DNA of 60,999 bases, counting the filler, from Globobulimina sp. (Eukaryota), in assembly GCA_003354225.1 (NCBI GenBank). It is 17 parts of 17 records of this genome, joined end to end, with 100 filler letters (N's around TTAATTAATTAA, not from the genome) between each part and the next. Parts side by side here need not be neighbours in the genome. Positions count along the whole stretch, not along the records: positions 1 to 3,497 come from PIVH01002662.1; positions 3,598 to 7,094 come from PIVH01002663.1; positions 7,195 to 10,691 come from PIVH01002664.1; positions 10,792 to 14,287 come from PIVH01002665.1; 13 more parts are not named here. One strand, given 5' to 3'. The notes under the pieces are model-generated. The model ran no database searches. It worked only from the letters and a program-made list of their open reading frames with translations, and was not told the DNA's origin. The stretch's first letter is position 1; every line of letters starts with the position of its first letter. Positions 1 to 11,010 of the stretch are shown piece after piece. The position numbers and the translations under genes were made by a program.

Positions 1-2
1 TA

Positions 3-2873
3 GAAAATATAGAACTCCAAATACAAATTGAAGAAGAAGAGGATGCAGAAATATGTCCAACATCGCCAAGGACAACAGCAATAAAAGAAGAATGGGCAAC
101 AAAGAGGAGGTTTGACGGAAATGGCTTGCCATTGGTTGTATGTTTGCGGTGCAATAATCATTTTTTTGTAGAAAAAACAGAGCAACATTTTACTGCCACA
201 GCGAGACATAAAAATTTGAAATATGCATTCAGTTTAATTCCAGATCAAATTGAAACAGATATTTATCAATTAATTCATATTCAATCCGGATGCTATTTGG
301 GTGTAAAAAAAATGGGCAAAGATTGGATATTATCTCCTGTAAATAATGACGATGACGGATTTGCAATTATTAATCGCAAAGATTTATGCTTTAATATTAT
401 CAGAATATCAAATGAAAAAGAAGTCAATTTAAAAGTGAGCATTGGTTGGAATAACAAATTATTAACAATAAGCGACGAAATTGACGAAATAAATGATGAC
501 GAGGCAAATGCAAAACAAATATTAGTATTTGAACCAGAAAAGACCGAAAATGCACAAGTTTTTACGCTAGAACGTGTCACCGACGATGTGGAAGAGGATG
601 ATTTGGATATTCTGTTTTTATTGGATTTGGTGGATCAACCAAGAATATCCAAAATTGGAATAAATTTAATAAAATTAAGAAGATACAAACATATTTCATC
701 GGAATTAAATGAATTAATCCAACAAATCTATGTTCGAATCGATATAAATAAGACCGGCTACGCCATATATAACCAAGTATGGTCCCAATTTGTGCAGTAT
801 TCGCAAGGTATGCTTCCAAATGTGGTTAAAAAAGTATTTGAAGACGGTATAAACAACAATTATGATCCAGCTTTGCATGGCGATCTTGCAAATAAATTAA
901 TTCATATTAAAAATTTCATCTGTTGTATAGATACAATATGTGAATTTTACGAGAATGAAATAAAAATGGAAGGTTTGCAAAATAAGAAAGAAGCTGCATC
1001 AAAAGCATTGGACCCAATTGATATTAAGTTGCGGAGATTAGATAGTGACATATTAAAAGAACATCCATTCTTAGAGCAATGGCAAAATATGTCCTCGTTT
1101 AGACGCAAATTGTATGATTGGAAAATTTACATATTCGATAAATGGAATTCAAGCGGACAAGCTGATGCAGGATTTTTTTTGTGGAGAAAACATTTACTGT
1201 CCATTCAATCGACTTATGGCGAATCAATATTTGCCTTTTTTCAGTTTACGCGCTGGCTCATGATATTGAATTGTGTCATGGCGCTATTTTATGGCTGTTT
1301 AATGTTTACACATTGTTTGAATTTTAATTTTGCTGCATTTGCGTATGACGAATATATTGATATGGCGCTAGGCAACGAATTTATAGATTCATGGTGGTTT
1401 TATGGGGCTTATAAATCAGAATATGTGGGTTGGGAGTATTTGAGTTATAACGTAGCATTTGTATGGATTGTAGTATCAGTTTGCAGTGCCGGTATATCGG
1501 TAATCGCTATATTGCGCGTATTGTTAGCATCAGGTATTTATTTTGGCGATGATGAATATATTTTCAGCAAAAATGTGTTTGCAAATTATAACCACTCACT
1601 GTCGCATGCGGACGCAGTGACATTGCAAAGAAATTCTTTAATGATTCGATTACATGAAACATTGCTAAATAAATTGGATGATGAAGAGAATAAATTGACA
1701 TTTATGTTGGTATTAAAACGGATCATTGGTATAATATTATGTTTAATAATTGGCCTCTTCTCTGGTATTGGCATTGTTTGTTTACTTCATTTTGAAAAAA
1801 GTTATATCATTCCATATGTTTCCAAACGTTATCCTTTAATTGAATCCATAGCACCCTATATTGTGCCGGCCGGTGTATCCGTTATAAAAGGAATGACACC
1901 GCATATTGTGAGAGGTATCGTTTTATTTGAATCTTATTCTGCAGAATTTCTATTTCAACAAACATTCTTTCGAGTGTTTATATTGCGAATATTTGCCATT
2001 TTAGTAACATTGTTTCAAACTGCCCAAACTGCAGAATTTACGGAAAACGATGATGGTGCGGCATGCGCGGAAAGTCAGATCGGAATGGTGCTGTACAAAT
2101 TTATTTTATTCGATATGGTTATTGAAATTATTTTTTATTTCGTGGTGCCTGAAATTAAATATTGTTGTGGTCGCTGCTGTGGATCAATTAGGAAATTAAC
2201 AAAAGAAGAAGAGTTATCCGAATTAAATAGGAAATCTCATGTGAATGTATTAGAAAATAAGAGTAAAAAGAAAAAGAAAAAGAAAAACCAACATAAAACA
2301 GAATTTGAATTAGCAGGGGATTCATGGAAACGTCAATTTGATATTCCCGGGGCTTTAGTCGATGTTATGTACAGACAAGGCATTGTTTGGAGCGGCATGT
2401 ATTTTTCGCCCATGATAACAGTTATTGCTGTAATTGCGTCAATGACTACTTTTTTTGTTAAAAAAAGATATTTATTTCGTTATTGCGGTCGACCGAAAAA
2501 AGCATTGGGTGTTACAAAGCAATTGAAATTTTTTTATGGTATGATGTTACTTGCAATTCTTACTAGTTTTGTGCCATTTAATTATTTTTTAAATCGTACT
2601 CCAAATTGTGGGCCTCATAAAAATCAAAATGTATTAAATCAAACGGAGACAACATTAGATCAGGATATGCCATATTTTTTGCGAACTTTCTTTTATTATG
2701 CTTTTAATGGATTGTTGTTATTGCCATTGTTTATGTTCTCTTTGGTATATTTGGGATATGTTCGTGGTGTTAAAAATGTTCACCACGCAAATTCAAGAAT
2801 ATTAAAAGAAAGATTACTTAAAGAAAAAGATGAGAAGAAACAAATATTAAAAGATTACAACATTAGATTATAA
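3..2873 (+). CDS. Transmembrane channel-like (TMC) family protein with long N-terminal extension; 5'-truncated
   Basis: Frame is open from nt 3. TMC hallmarks: IQSTYGESIFAFFQFTRWLMILN (cf. IEGxFGxGVxSYFxFLRWL), CAESQIGMVLYKFILFD (cf. CWETxVGQELYR), FDIPGALVDVMYRQGIVWSGMYFSP (TMC domain), TPNCGP; multiple TM segments. Confidence 0.88.
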   Translation, partial: ENIELQIQIEEEEDAEICPTSPRTTAIKEEWATKRRFDGNGLPLVVCLRCNNHFFVEKTEQHFTATARHKNLKYAFSLIPDQIETDIYQLIHIQSGCYLGVKKMGKDWILSPVNNDDDGFAIINRKDLCFNIIRISNEKEVNLKVSIGWNNKLLTISDEIDEINDDEANAKQILVFEPEKTENAQVFTLERVTDDVEEDDLDILFLLDLVDQPRISKIGINLIKLRRYKHISSELNELIQQIYVRIDINKTGYAIYNQVWSQFVQYSQGMLPNVVKKVFEDGINNNYDPALHGDLANKLIHIKNFICCIDTICEFYENEIKMEGLQNKKEAASKALDPIDIKLRRLDSDILKEHPFLEQWQNMSSFRRKLYDWKIYIFDKWNSSGQADAGFFLWRKHLLSIQSTYGESIFAFFQFTRWLMILNCVMALFYGCLMFTHCLNFNFAAFAYDEYIDMALGNEFIDSWWFYGAYKSEYVGWEYLSYNVAFVWIVVSVCSAGISVIAILRVLLASGIYFGDDEYIFSKNVFANYNHSLSHADAVTLQRNSLMIRLHETLLNKLDDEENKLTFMLVLKRIIGIILCLIIGLFSGIGIVCLLHFEKSYIIPYVSKRYPLIESIAPYIVPAGVSVIKGMTPHIVRGIVLFESYSAEFLFQQTFFRVFILRIFAILVTLFQTAQTAEFTENDDGAACAESQIGMVLYKFILFDMVIEIIFYFVVPEIKYCCGRCCGSIRKLTKEEELSELNRKSHVNVLENKSKKKKKKKNQHKTEFELAGDSWKRQFDIPGALVDVMYRQGIVWSGMYFSPMITVIAVIASMTTFFVKKRYLFRYCGRPKKALGVTKQLKFFYGMMLLAILTSFVPFNYFLNRTPNCGPHKNQNVLNQTETTLDQDMPYFLRTFFYYAFNGLLLLPLFMFSLVYLGYVRGVKNVHHANSRILKERLLKEKDEKKQILKDYNIRL

Positions 2874-3497
2874 TATAACATTTTTTTTTGTTTTATATTG
2901 ACATGCATTTAATATTAAAACTGTTTTATTGACAAAATCAGTGTTTCATTTATTATTTAAGAGATGATCGACAATCGAGAATAATCTTACGTGTAACTTT
3001 GTGTATACAAAATCTAAGAGGAAACCACTCGGCTGCTCCTTATAGTCGAGGCCTATCCAAAAGATAGATGGTTCACCCATCATTTACTGCATAATATTTG
3101 TAAAAAGTGGAAAGATAACGACTTAGTGTGCTTACAGATTAGAGCGATATTATTTGCTTGAAGTCACAAAGTCTCAACTAACAATGATGCCCATGTTTCT
3201 CATGGTCGTTTATATTATCCTACTCGCTCATTGCATAGATTGACGCTATATGATATGGATATTTCTGTTGCTTTGGATATTTCAGTTACAAAATATATGC
3301 CATAAGTAGTTTATATACGAATGTGTTACAGCGATACATATACGCAACTTATGTCAATAATTCTTGTATGGATCAGTTTAGTTCCTATTGGATCTAACCC
3401 ATTTCCTTTTTGCATCATCACAACAATTTTTGCATCATCAAACAAAAGCGACTTGAAATTTTTTTAGAAGTGAATGAAAGGGTGCAAAAAAAAAATA

Positions 3498-3597
3498 NNN
3501 NNNNNNNNNNNNNNNNNNNNNNNNNNNNNNNNNNNNNNNNNTTAATTAATTAANNNNNNNNNNNNNNNNNNNNNNNNNNNNNNNNNNNNNNNNNNNN
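3498..3597. other. Artificial contig linker (44N-TTAATTAATTAA-44N), first of 16
   Basis: Identical six-frame-stop linkers start at 3498, 7095, 10692, 14288, 17884, 21479, 25074, 28669, 32263, 35857, 39451, 43044, 46637, 50229, 53820 and 57410; intervening contig lengths decrease from 3497 to 3490. Confidence 0.99.
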
Positions 3598-3813
3598 ATT
3601 ATAACTATTTATAAGGAGAAGAAAAAAATAAATAATAACAATAATTGTAAAGTTTACGGGATCTCATACAATAAAACTTTGTAATAACAAAGTAAAATAA
3701 TGAAAGATGTTGTAATAGCATTTAAAAAAAAAAACAGATAATGTTTGTCTTTACTTTTGTTTGTATACATTTCAATAAATTAATAATACGTGAAATATGC
3801 AGGTGGAATATTA

Positions 3814-4146
3814 TTATTTTCTATTTTTCTTCAATTGATATCGATGTTTAAATTGATAATATCTTTTTCTTTGTTCTCTGAAAACAGTATTTATTCGTCT
3901 TTGTATCTTGTTTCTACACTGAGGACTCAAGGTTGCCATACATGAATCCGCATCAATTTGAGGGTTAGTAGATAATGACAGTGATGGTACAAATGAATAA
4001 GATGAAGAAATTTGTCTATTTGATATTATTGACGATGATGCGAATGATGATGCTGATGACTGTGGAGATGATAAAGATAAAGATAAGGAAGGTGACGGAG
4101 GCTTTGTTTGCGGTGTTAATTTTGGTTTACATTGACATTGTTCCAT
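3814..4146 (-). CDS. Small Ser/Pro-rich protein with basic C-terminus, hypothetical
   Basis: 110-aa ATG-started ORF in otherwise non-coding AT-rich DNA; no domain recognised. Confidence 0.35.
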   Translation of the reverse strand: MEQCQCKPKLTPQTKPPSPSLSLSLSSPQSSASSFASSSIISNRQISSSYSFVPSLSLSTNPQIDADSCMATLSPQCRNKIQRRINTVFREQRKRYYQFKHRYQLKKNRK

Positions 4147-4866
4147 ATGTTTATATTAGCAAAATGCGTGACTGACGGAAGGATTGTTGATGTCTAACCT
4201 CGAAAATGAAAATTTGAAGTTGAGACTGGAAATAACTTAGATTTCACATTTGATGTTGATATTTTCGAACTTTTTTTTTGCACAATTTTCACGATCGGAA
4301 TGCAAGAAATAAAGAATTGATTACAGATAATAAAATATGTAAAGATTTCTTCACAATCAAAGAAATCTGAGAATAAAGTCAGAAATGAAAAATCAAGAGA
4401 AAAAAAAAGAAATTTCTCAAAACAACAAAAATATACTATGTAATAATGAGGCTGTGGTTTGACAGTAACATGATAACCACACAAACACTGGAAAGAAATA
4501 AATATAAAAACAAATCAAATTTTGATGAAATGAATGTAGAACCAAGGCATCACTGAATGTATCTTTGTGACCTTAATTTCGCTGTATTTTAAATAGAATA
4601 TTTTTTCCAATCTGCAAATGCGCAAAATAAAATACTTTTAACTGAATAGTTTTACCAATTTAAAGTTATTTTGAACCCCTCCCCATCTATGTTTGGGTAC
4701 AATAACTCGGAATGTCAGCTTCTTCTTCATTTTGTGATATTTTGATTGTTTTGGTAAAAGGGAGGATCTGACGTTGTTTGTCATTGTAAGTATTTGGAAA
4801 TAATGGTCGAGCTGTTTTTTCTGTAAGATGTACAAATATAAAACTCACAGTTTTTGACTGCTACTC

Positions 4867-6936
4867 ATGGAACATAATAGAGCCGTTAGTTTACCAGCTT
4901 TTAAATATAAACTGCACGATTTACAGTTAGAGCTACAGTTTGCAACAAGCACATCAACGATCAAACATTTACCAAAATATATATCGCCAAATACTCCAGG
5001 ATTGGGCCTAAAAAGCTGTCATAATGACGAGTGTAAAGATGATTATAAAGATGCATATTCCAAAGCTGCTCTGCCACCCACAAATACGAATGACCTCAAT
5101 GAAGGGGAAAAACCAGAAACACCTTTCATTCAAATCTGTTTATTATGGTCGAATGTATTAATATTTACATTGTCCGTTTTATCTGCAATAATCTCTGTTA
5201 TATTGAGAACAGTACCAATTGAATTACCTTGTTTTATGCTATTTGTTTGCGCCATCTCTGGATTAATATTTACATATTCATATAAAACAAATATGATCAA
5301 AATATCTACATTAAAACGCATAGTGTTACAATACGTTTCCAAACAAAAATTAGAAGGAACAGTCACTCGGATCTCTCCAAAAACGGACACGAAAAATACA
5401 GACATGAATCCCGAAGGAATGGAGCAAATATCATTACTATCCAGTTTTCGTAGAGGCGATTTCCATAAACAATTAGCAATCTGTTCGACCAAAGACCTTA
5501 AACAATTATTGCCTGTCGTGTTGAGTAATATATGTTGTACTTTTCAAGTTTTATAATCAATCAAAAACGCTCTGAATTACATTTACAGAGCGCAGTCGCT
5601 ATGCCAATTACCTTTCGGTTTAACTGAGTTCAGATCGGCGTTGTTTGTCATTCTTGCTCATGTATGTTATGCGTATGTTTAATATTAATGCAAGGCAACA
5701 AAACAAACACATTACAGAGGATCAGTAAGGACGCAACATTGGATCAAACATGGCGGTTTTTCTTAAACTCCAACCGTGACATACCAGATATTGTACGTAT
5801 ATGGGAAGACCATGAATATTTTCAAAGTGAAGATGCTGTGCAGGGTCAACACGAGAATATGGATGATGTTATGGCATGCGATACGGATTTAAATTCTGTA
5901 CTGTTTTTTCGATCATTATTTACAGATTTAAATAAAATCGGATCCAAAAAACATATTCCTGGCACACAACTCATTTATGATCCAATTAATGGACAGAAAT
6001 TAGTTCAAGTGCAGTTAAAAAGGATTATGCCCTCCAACGCTAAGCCATATTTGCTGGACTGTTATACCGCAGATAGAGAGATAAATACATCTGATAATTT
6101 GGATGAGATGCACAGAAATCCAAAATGGAGCTCAACTATACTTCTTAAATCTGGTTATTTTTTATTTTTTTTAATTTCAGAAACAAAAACGTTTCTTAAA
6201 ATATGACATTTAATAATATTTAGGTAACGACTTAAGAAAAGATTTGGGGGTTCAGCTAATGTTTAAATTCATGAATGAAGTGTGGAAGGAAAGTTGTCTA
6301 AATTATCACGGACAACAATGTGAGACTTTAGTCTATAGAGTAGTGCCCATGTCAGTTGATTTTGGTGCGATTGAATTTGTTGAAGGAGCTACAAAGATCT
6401 CCAACATTGATTCTGTAATTATGGACATTCATAGCAGTGATCAATTAAAGATAACAATGGATAATTTAATAGCGACCGGCGCCGCTTCATATGTTGCTTC
6501 GTTCATATTAGGTGTTAGAGACCGACATCATGACAACATTTTAGTTTGTAATGATGGTCGAGTATTCAATATAGATTTTTCACATATTTTGGGTGAAAAA
6601 TTAGGTGGTTTGGATGCAGCAAAGATAGCTATTCCACATCGGTTTGTGAAGGTGCTTGGAAACGAGAATTGGAACAGATTTATTGAAGTCGCAGTTTTGT
6701 GTTTTAATGTTTTGAGGAAGAATTATTTTCAGTTATTAGATTTTGCAAGAATTGTATTTGCATTTATGAAAACTACAGAGGAAAATGAGAGATATTTAAA
6801 GCGCAGTTTGATGATTGATAGCGATGATATGGAGTCTTTGAAGAAAATACGAGCAAAATTCGGTCAAGCTCCTTCTAAGTTATCTACAAAAATGAAAAAC
6901 ACTATTCATACATTAGCTGTTATGGGAAGAAACTAA
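4867..6936 (+). CDS. Phosphoinositide 3/4-kinase family protein with two N-terminal TM helices; introns 5520-5588, 5662-5717, 6154-6223
   Basis: Three GT-AG introns join the ORFs in frame, giving LLPVVAQSL (helical-domain-like), MPSNAKP, LLKSGNDLRKD (cf. FKxGDDLRQD), GAIEFV, LGVRDRHHDN and IDFSHILG. Confidence 0.88.
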
Positions 6937-7194
6937 TCCTTTTGATGTACTCGTTCAGTTTGTGTGTGTTCCTTTCGTTTGTTATATATTTAGCTTTTTT
7001 TTTGCTATATTATTTTTATAATTAGTATATTTCCCATCGCTATTGATAAAAAAATGTGTGTCAAAGAGCATCCGGTTTTCAACGTCAGATTATTNNNNNN
7101 NNNNNNNNNNNNNNNNNNNNNNNNNNNNNNNNNNNNNNTTAATTAATTAANNNNNNNNNNNNNNNNNNNNNNNNNNNNNNNNNNNNNNNNNNNN

Positions 7195-9425
7195 TTACTC
7201 CAAAAAAGCAATGATTGATGGTTTAATCCAAAAATATAAAAAAAAGCAGTCATCAAAGGCAAAAAAAAAGAAAAACGGCATTATTAAAGCAATTCAAACC
7301 AAAAAACGTAAATCATTAAAATTAAGATCAAATCGCGAAAAGTTATTAAAGTTATATCAAACTGCAGATGAAAGCGAGCATTTTTTTGAATTTGTAATGG
7401 AAAACAGTGATAAGTTCGTGTTGTCTGTAATTGATATTATTTTGGACAAAACCGCCGTTAGCAAAGACGAAGACGCATTGAGCACAATGCTATTCCATCA
7501 ATTTCGAAATGATGCCAGATTTTGGTTTGATTTAAAAGCTTCCATTCAAAACACATTAAAACGCAGATTATTGAATGGGATCACTGCATTGGATGGCACG
7601 GATAAAGTAGCAATTTTAGCGCATATTATTGCAGTTATTGCCTCATTTGAAGAATGGAATGAACTCATTCCACACTTAACAGATTTAAATAGCGGCAAAC
7701 AAACGAAATTAAAAATATTGGCGATGATTGCTGGATGGATTCCTGATCGATTCGAAGTGCATACTCTACAAATTGCAAATGCCATTTATGCCGAAACACT
7801 GAACATTGATGAAAGTAACATCGATTCCCATGAATCCGCCTCTTTGTTTAGGATAATATCTGCGGTCTGTTCCCATCGGAATATTGAGGATGTTAAAAGT
7901 TTACGTCGGACAGTATGAAGAATTAAAGTTATTTGACACCAGTTTCGGTAACGACACAAATATAAACAAATCCGTATGGAACTTACTTATTTTGCATATC
8001 AATGCACATCAATCCTATGACACAGCTGATACATGTTTCCGTTTATTGTGTCAACTTTATTTTGTGCATTTTGATGCAATTCCAGCCCAATTGCATGAGG
8101 ATATATTTTTTCTTTTAAATGTGTTTTTAACAATGAATGCTGAAAAGATGGAAGCTGGCTTTATTCGATTTGCTGAAGACCGGCAAGATTGGGATGAGGA
8201 TCAACATCATTTTGCAATGATTTCACAGTTTGTATTTGGAATCTTGTCTGAAATGCAAAATAAAAAAGATTCAGTAAACTTTGATTATTATAGCATTGTT
8301 AATTGCAATTTGATTGAACATATTGTCCGTAACATAGATTATGACATTATACATGAAGAGGTATATGCCATTTGGCTGCATTTATTGAACGAATTGGATG
8401 TGCGTCATTTTTGGCATCAGAAATCTTTGTTGGTGCCATTGTTGCAACAGAAACACCCCAGTTCTACGTACGATGATTGTAAGCAGCTCAAAGATAAGTT
8501 ATATGAACAAGAATGGTTTGCAGTTAATTGGTTTATTCGTAATAATTATTCCAAATTATATGATGAAATTACTGTTCCTGTCACGCAAATTGTGTTGAAA
8601 TATTTATCTGAATATGCATCGATTGATATTGTTAGAAGAGAGTGTGACGATTACTTTGCAAGAATGGCAGCAAAACAAAATGCAAATGTATTACAAGAGA
8701 GTGTAGAATCTGTCATAGAGGCATTGCGGAGCACATTTCCAGACACCATTATAAAGGAAATATGTTCACATTTATCATATACTGAATCGAGTATGGAAGA
8801 AGAAATAATGTCCAATTATATTTTAGCACCGATACTGGATCAAGTTGTTCCGTGTATTGTTATTTCCACGCTCAAAGATAAAACATATGAGGTTTTTAAT
8901 TATAATTTGGCATCGATTCAGTTCAAATTGGGTTGGTTTGCTTGCGTTGATGATAAAAATAAGTGGCCAAAAGATGGGAAATATTGTGTTTGTGTCCAGG
9001 AATTTGATATTGAAAAACCTTTGGAACCAAATAATGCCAAAAAGGAAATATTGTTTAAATCTGATTTATTTACAATCACAACGCAAGATTATGAAACATG
9101 TAAATTGGATAATATCAATTTAAAATTGAAGAATGGAGCATTTTATTTAGTTTATATCATGGAAATGGATCCAAGTTTGGATGGAGGAATTAATGAAGTT
9201 TATGCAGAAAATAATACGGATTATTCGGTTAAAGCAGAAAATGACTTGTATGCAAACCAAGAGAGTGTGTTTTGGAAAAAATCGATTGCTTTGCCATGTA
9301 CACATATGGATAAAAGATCGGATATGTTAATGACGACATTTCTGTATTATAACATCACAAAACAGGAATATCATAATAACCAAAAATATTCTGCATTGTA
9401 TGCTATTACATTTAATTGTGTTTAA
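7195..9425 (+). CDS. Importin-beta/karyopherin-like HEAT-repeat protein with a +1 frame discontinuity at ~7857-7928
   Basis: WFDLKASIQNTLKRRLL...AHIIAVIASFEEWNELIPHL resembles the importin-beta N-terminal HEAT pattern. ORFs 7211-7918 and 7884-9425 overlap in adjacent frames. Confidence 0.55.
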
Positions 9426-9546
9426 TTAAATTAAAGCTTAATTTTATTGTTTATTTCTAATCTGCGATCTTAATTTGCGATATAATCTCATTTTGCCATG
9501 AAGTGGATATAACACTCAACTTCAAAAACAAAATCATTTCCAAACC

Positions 9547-10691
9547 ATGGCAACATTTGCAACAGTCATTTTATTTACATTAATAACAATCATGATTATG
9601 GCACAAAAACCTGCTACAAAACCTCCCAACAAAGGTGGAGGTAAACCAAATAAACCTGGTGATAATAATAAAGAATATACAAAATATCCAACATCTCCAC
9701 CAACTCCTATGCCAACTAAAAAAATTAAAAAACCCACACTGCCGTCATTACCGTCTTTAATATCCTTACCAAACATATATATGAATCCAGAAACAACTAT
9801 ACCTTCACCAAACGATCAAGTATAAAATTTAATCCCTTCCAACTTTAATATACCAATTGTGAAATCCCTGTATTGTATTTTAAATAAAGTGTTGTTCGGA
9901 GGACTGCTGTGTATCATTAACATATTCTCGTTCTGTTGCCAAAAAAGAGGGGTTGTTGCCTCAATTACTGTTACAAAGCAATGGCAGCGGCTATTTTTGT
10001 GAAAATATGGAGATAGTCACCACAGGCAACTGCGACATTGATTTTATTGTATTTCCGCTGTCGTCACATTGCAATCTGCAGCAAACCGTGTATAATATGC
10101 GATGGGTGACACAGTCAGAGGATGCAATTGGTTATCAACGGGCTGTTGTTGAAAACGATATTGTTACATTAAATAACGCGGAAATGCTTTATATGGATCC
10201 GAATGATGCCAGAAATCCAATTCATGGCTTTGATGCGCTGAGGTTTCCTGTAATTCCAAATCAACAAATTTCAATGTGTACATTGCTTGGATTTGGCGAT
10301 ATTGTGCAGAGCATAAATGGCAAAGCAATACATATTGGATACATGGGAGCAAACAATGGATTTGCGTGTCATAACGCCACTGTGAGAGATATATGTTCTG
10401 TTTCAGTTGATGTTGATGTTGATGTTGATGCTATATTTGATGCTGAGGCAACATATGATGCAAAAGAACATGTTAATTTTAAATTTGATGAGGATACATC
10501 GCCGGAGCAGTTTGGACATGGATACATCAATAGATATGTTATAATGATATTGATTGCATGCTGTGTTGCAATAATTGAATGTTTTATTGTGTTTATATGT
10601 TACCAAAGGAAAAGAGTTGATGTTGATAGGAATAATATTGTTGATGTACAAGTACATAATTGTACTGATTATGCAGATGACGAAGACGAAT
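9547..10691 (+). CDS. Type I membrane/cell-surface protein (signal peptide, Pro/Thr-rich stalk, Cys-containing ectodomain, one TM); intron 9820-9889; 3'-truncated
   Basis: Hydrophobic N-terminus and PTSPPTPMPT stalk; a 70-nt GT..AG intron joins the two ORFs in frame (NDQ|CCSEDCC); TM YVIMILIACCVAIIECFIVFIC is followed by QRKR. Confidence 0.75.
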
Positions 10692-11010
10692 NNNNNNNNN
10701 NNNNNNNNNNNNNNNNNNNNNNNNNNNNNNNNNNNTTAATTAATTAANNNNNNNNNNNNNNNNNNNNNNNNNNNNNNNNNNNNNNNNNNNNTATACAAAA
10801 TAATTACAAACACCAGTTGTCACGACAGCGTGATAACTGCAGCGTGTTTCTAATTTGGTTCTAACGCACACGTGTCAAATGGGTGTTTTCACCACCTATC
10901 AACACTACGAACAAAGTTCCAAACAGCTAAAAAACACAATACTAAAGACATTAAAAAATAATCAAAAAACATCCACTCAATTCCATTTGATTACATCAAA
11001 AAAGCAACCT

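Noticed and set aside
3025-3036. tRNA gene or tRNA-derived SINE (minus-strand CAGCCGAGTGG resembles an A-box)
   Set aside because: No B-box or cloverleaf follows.
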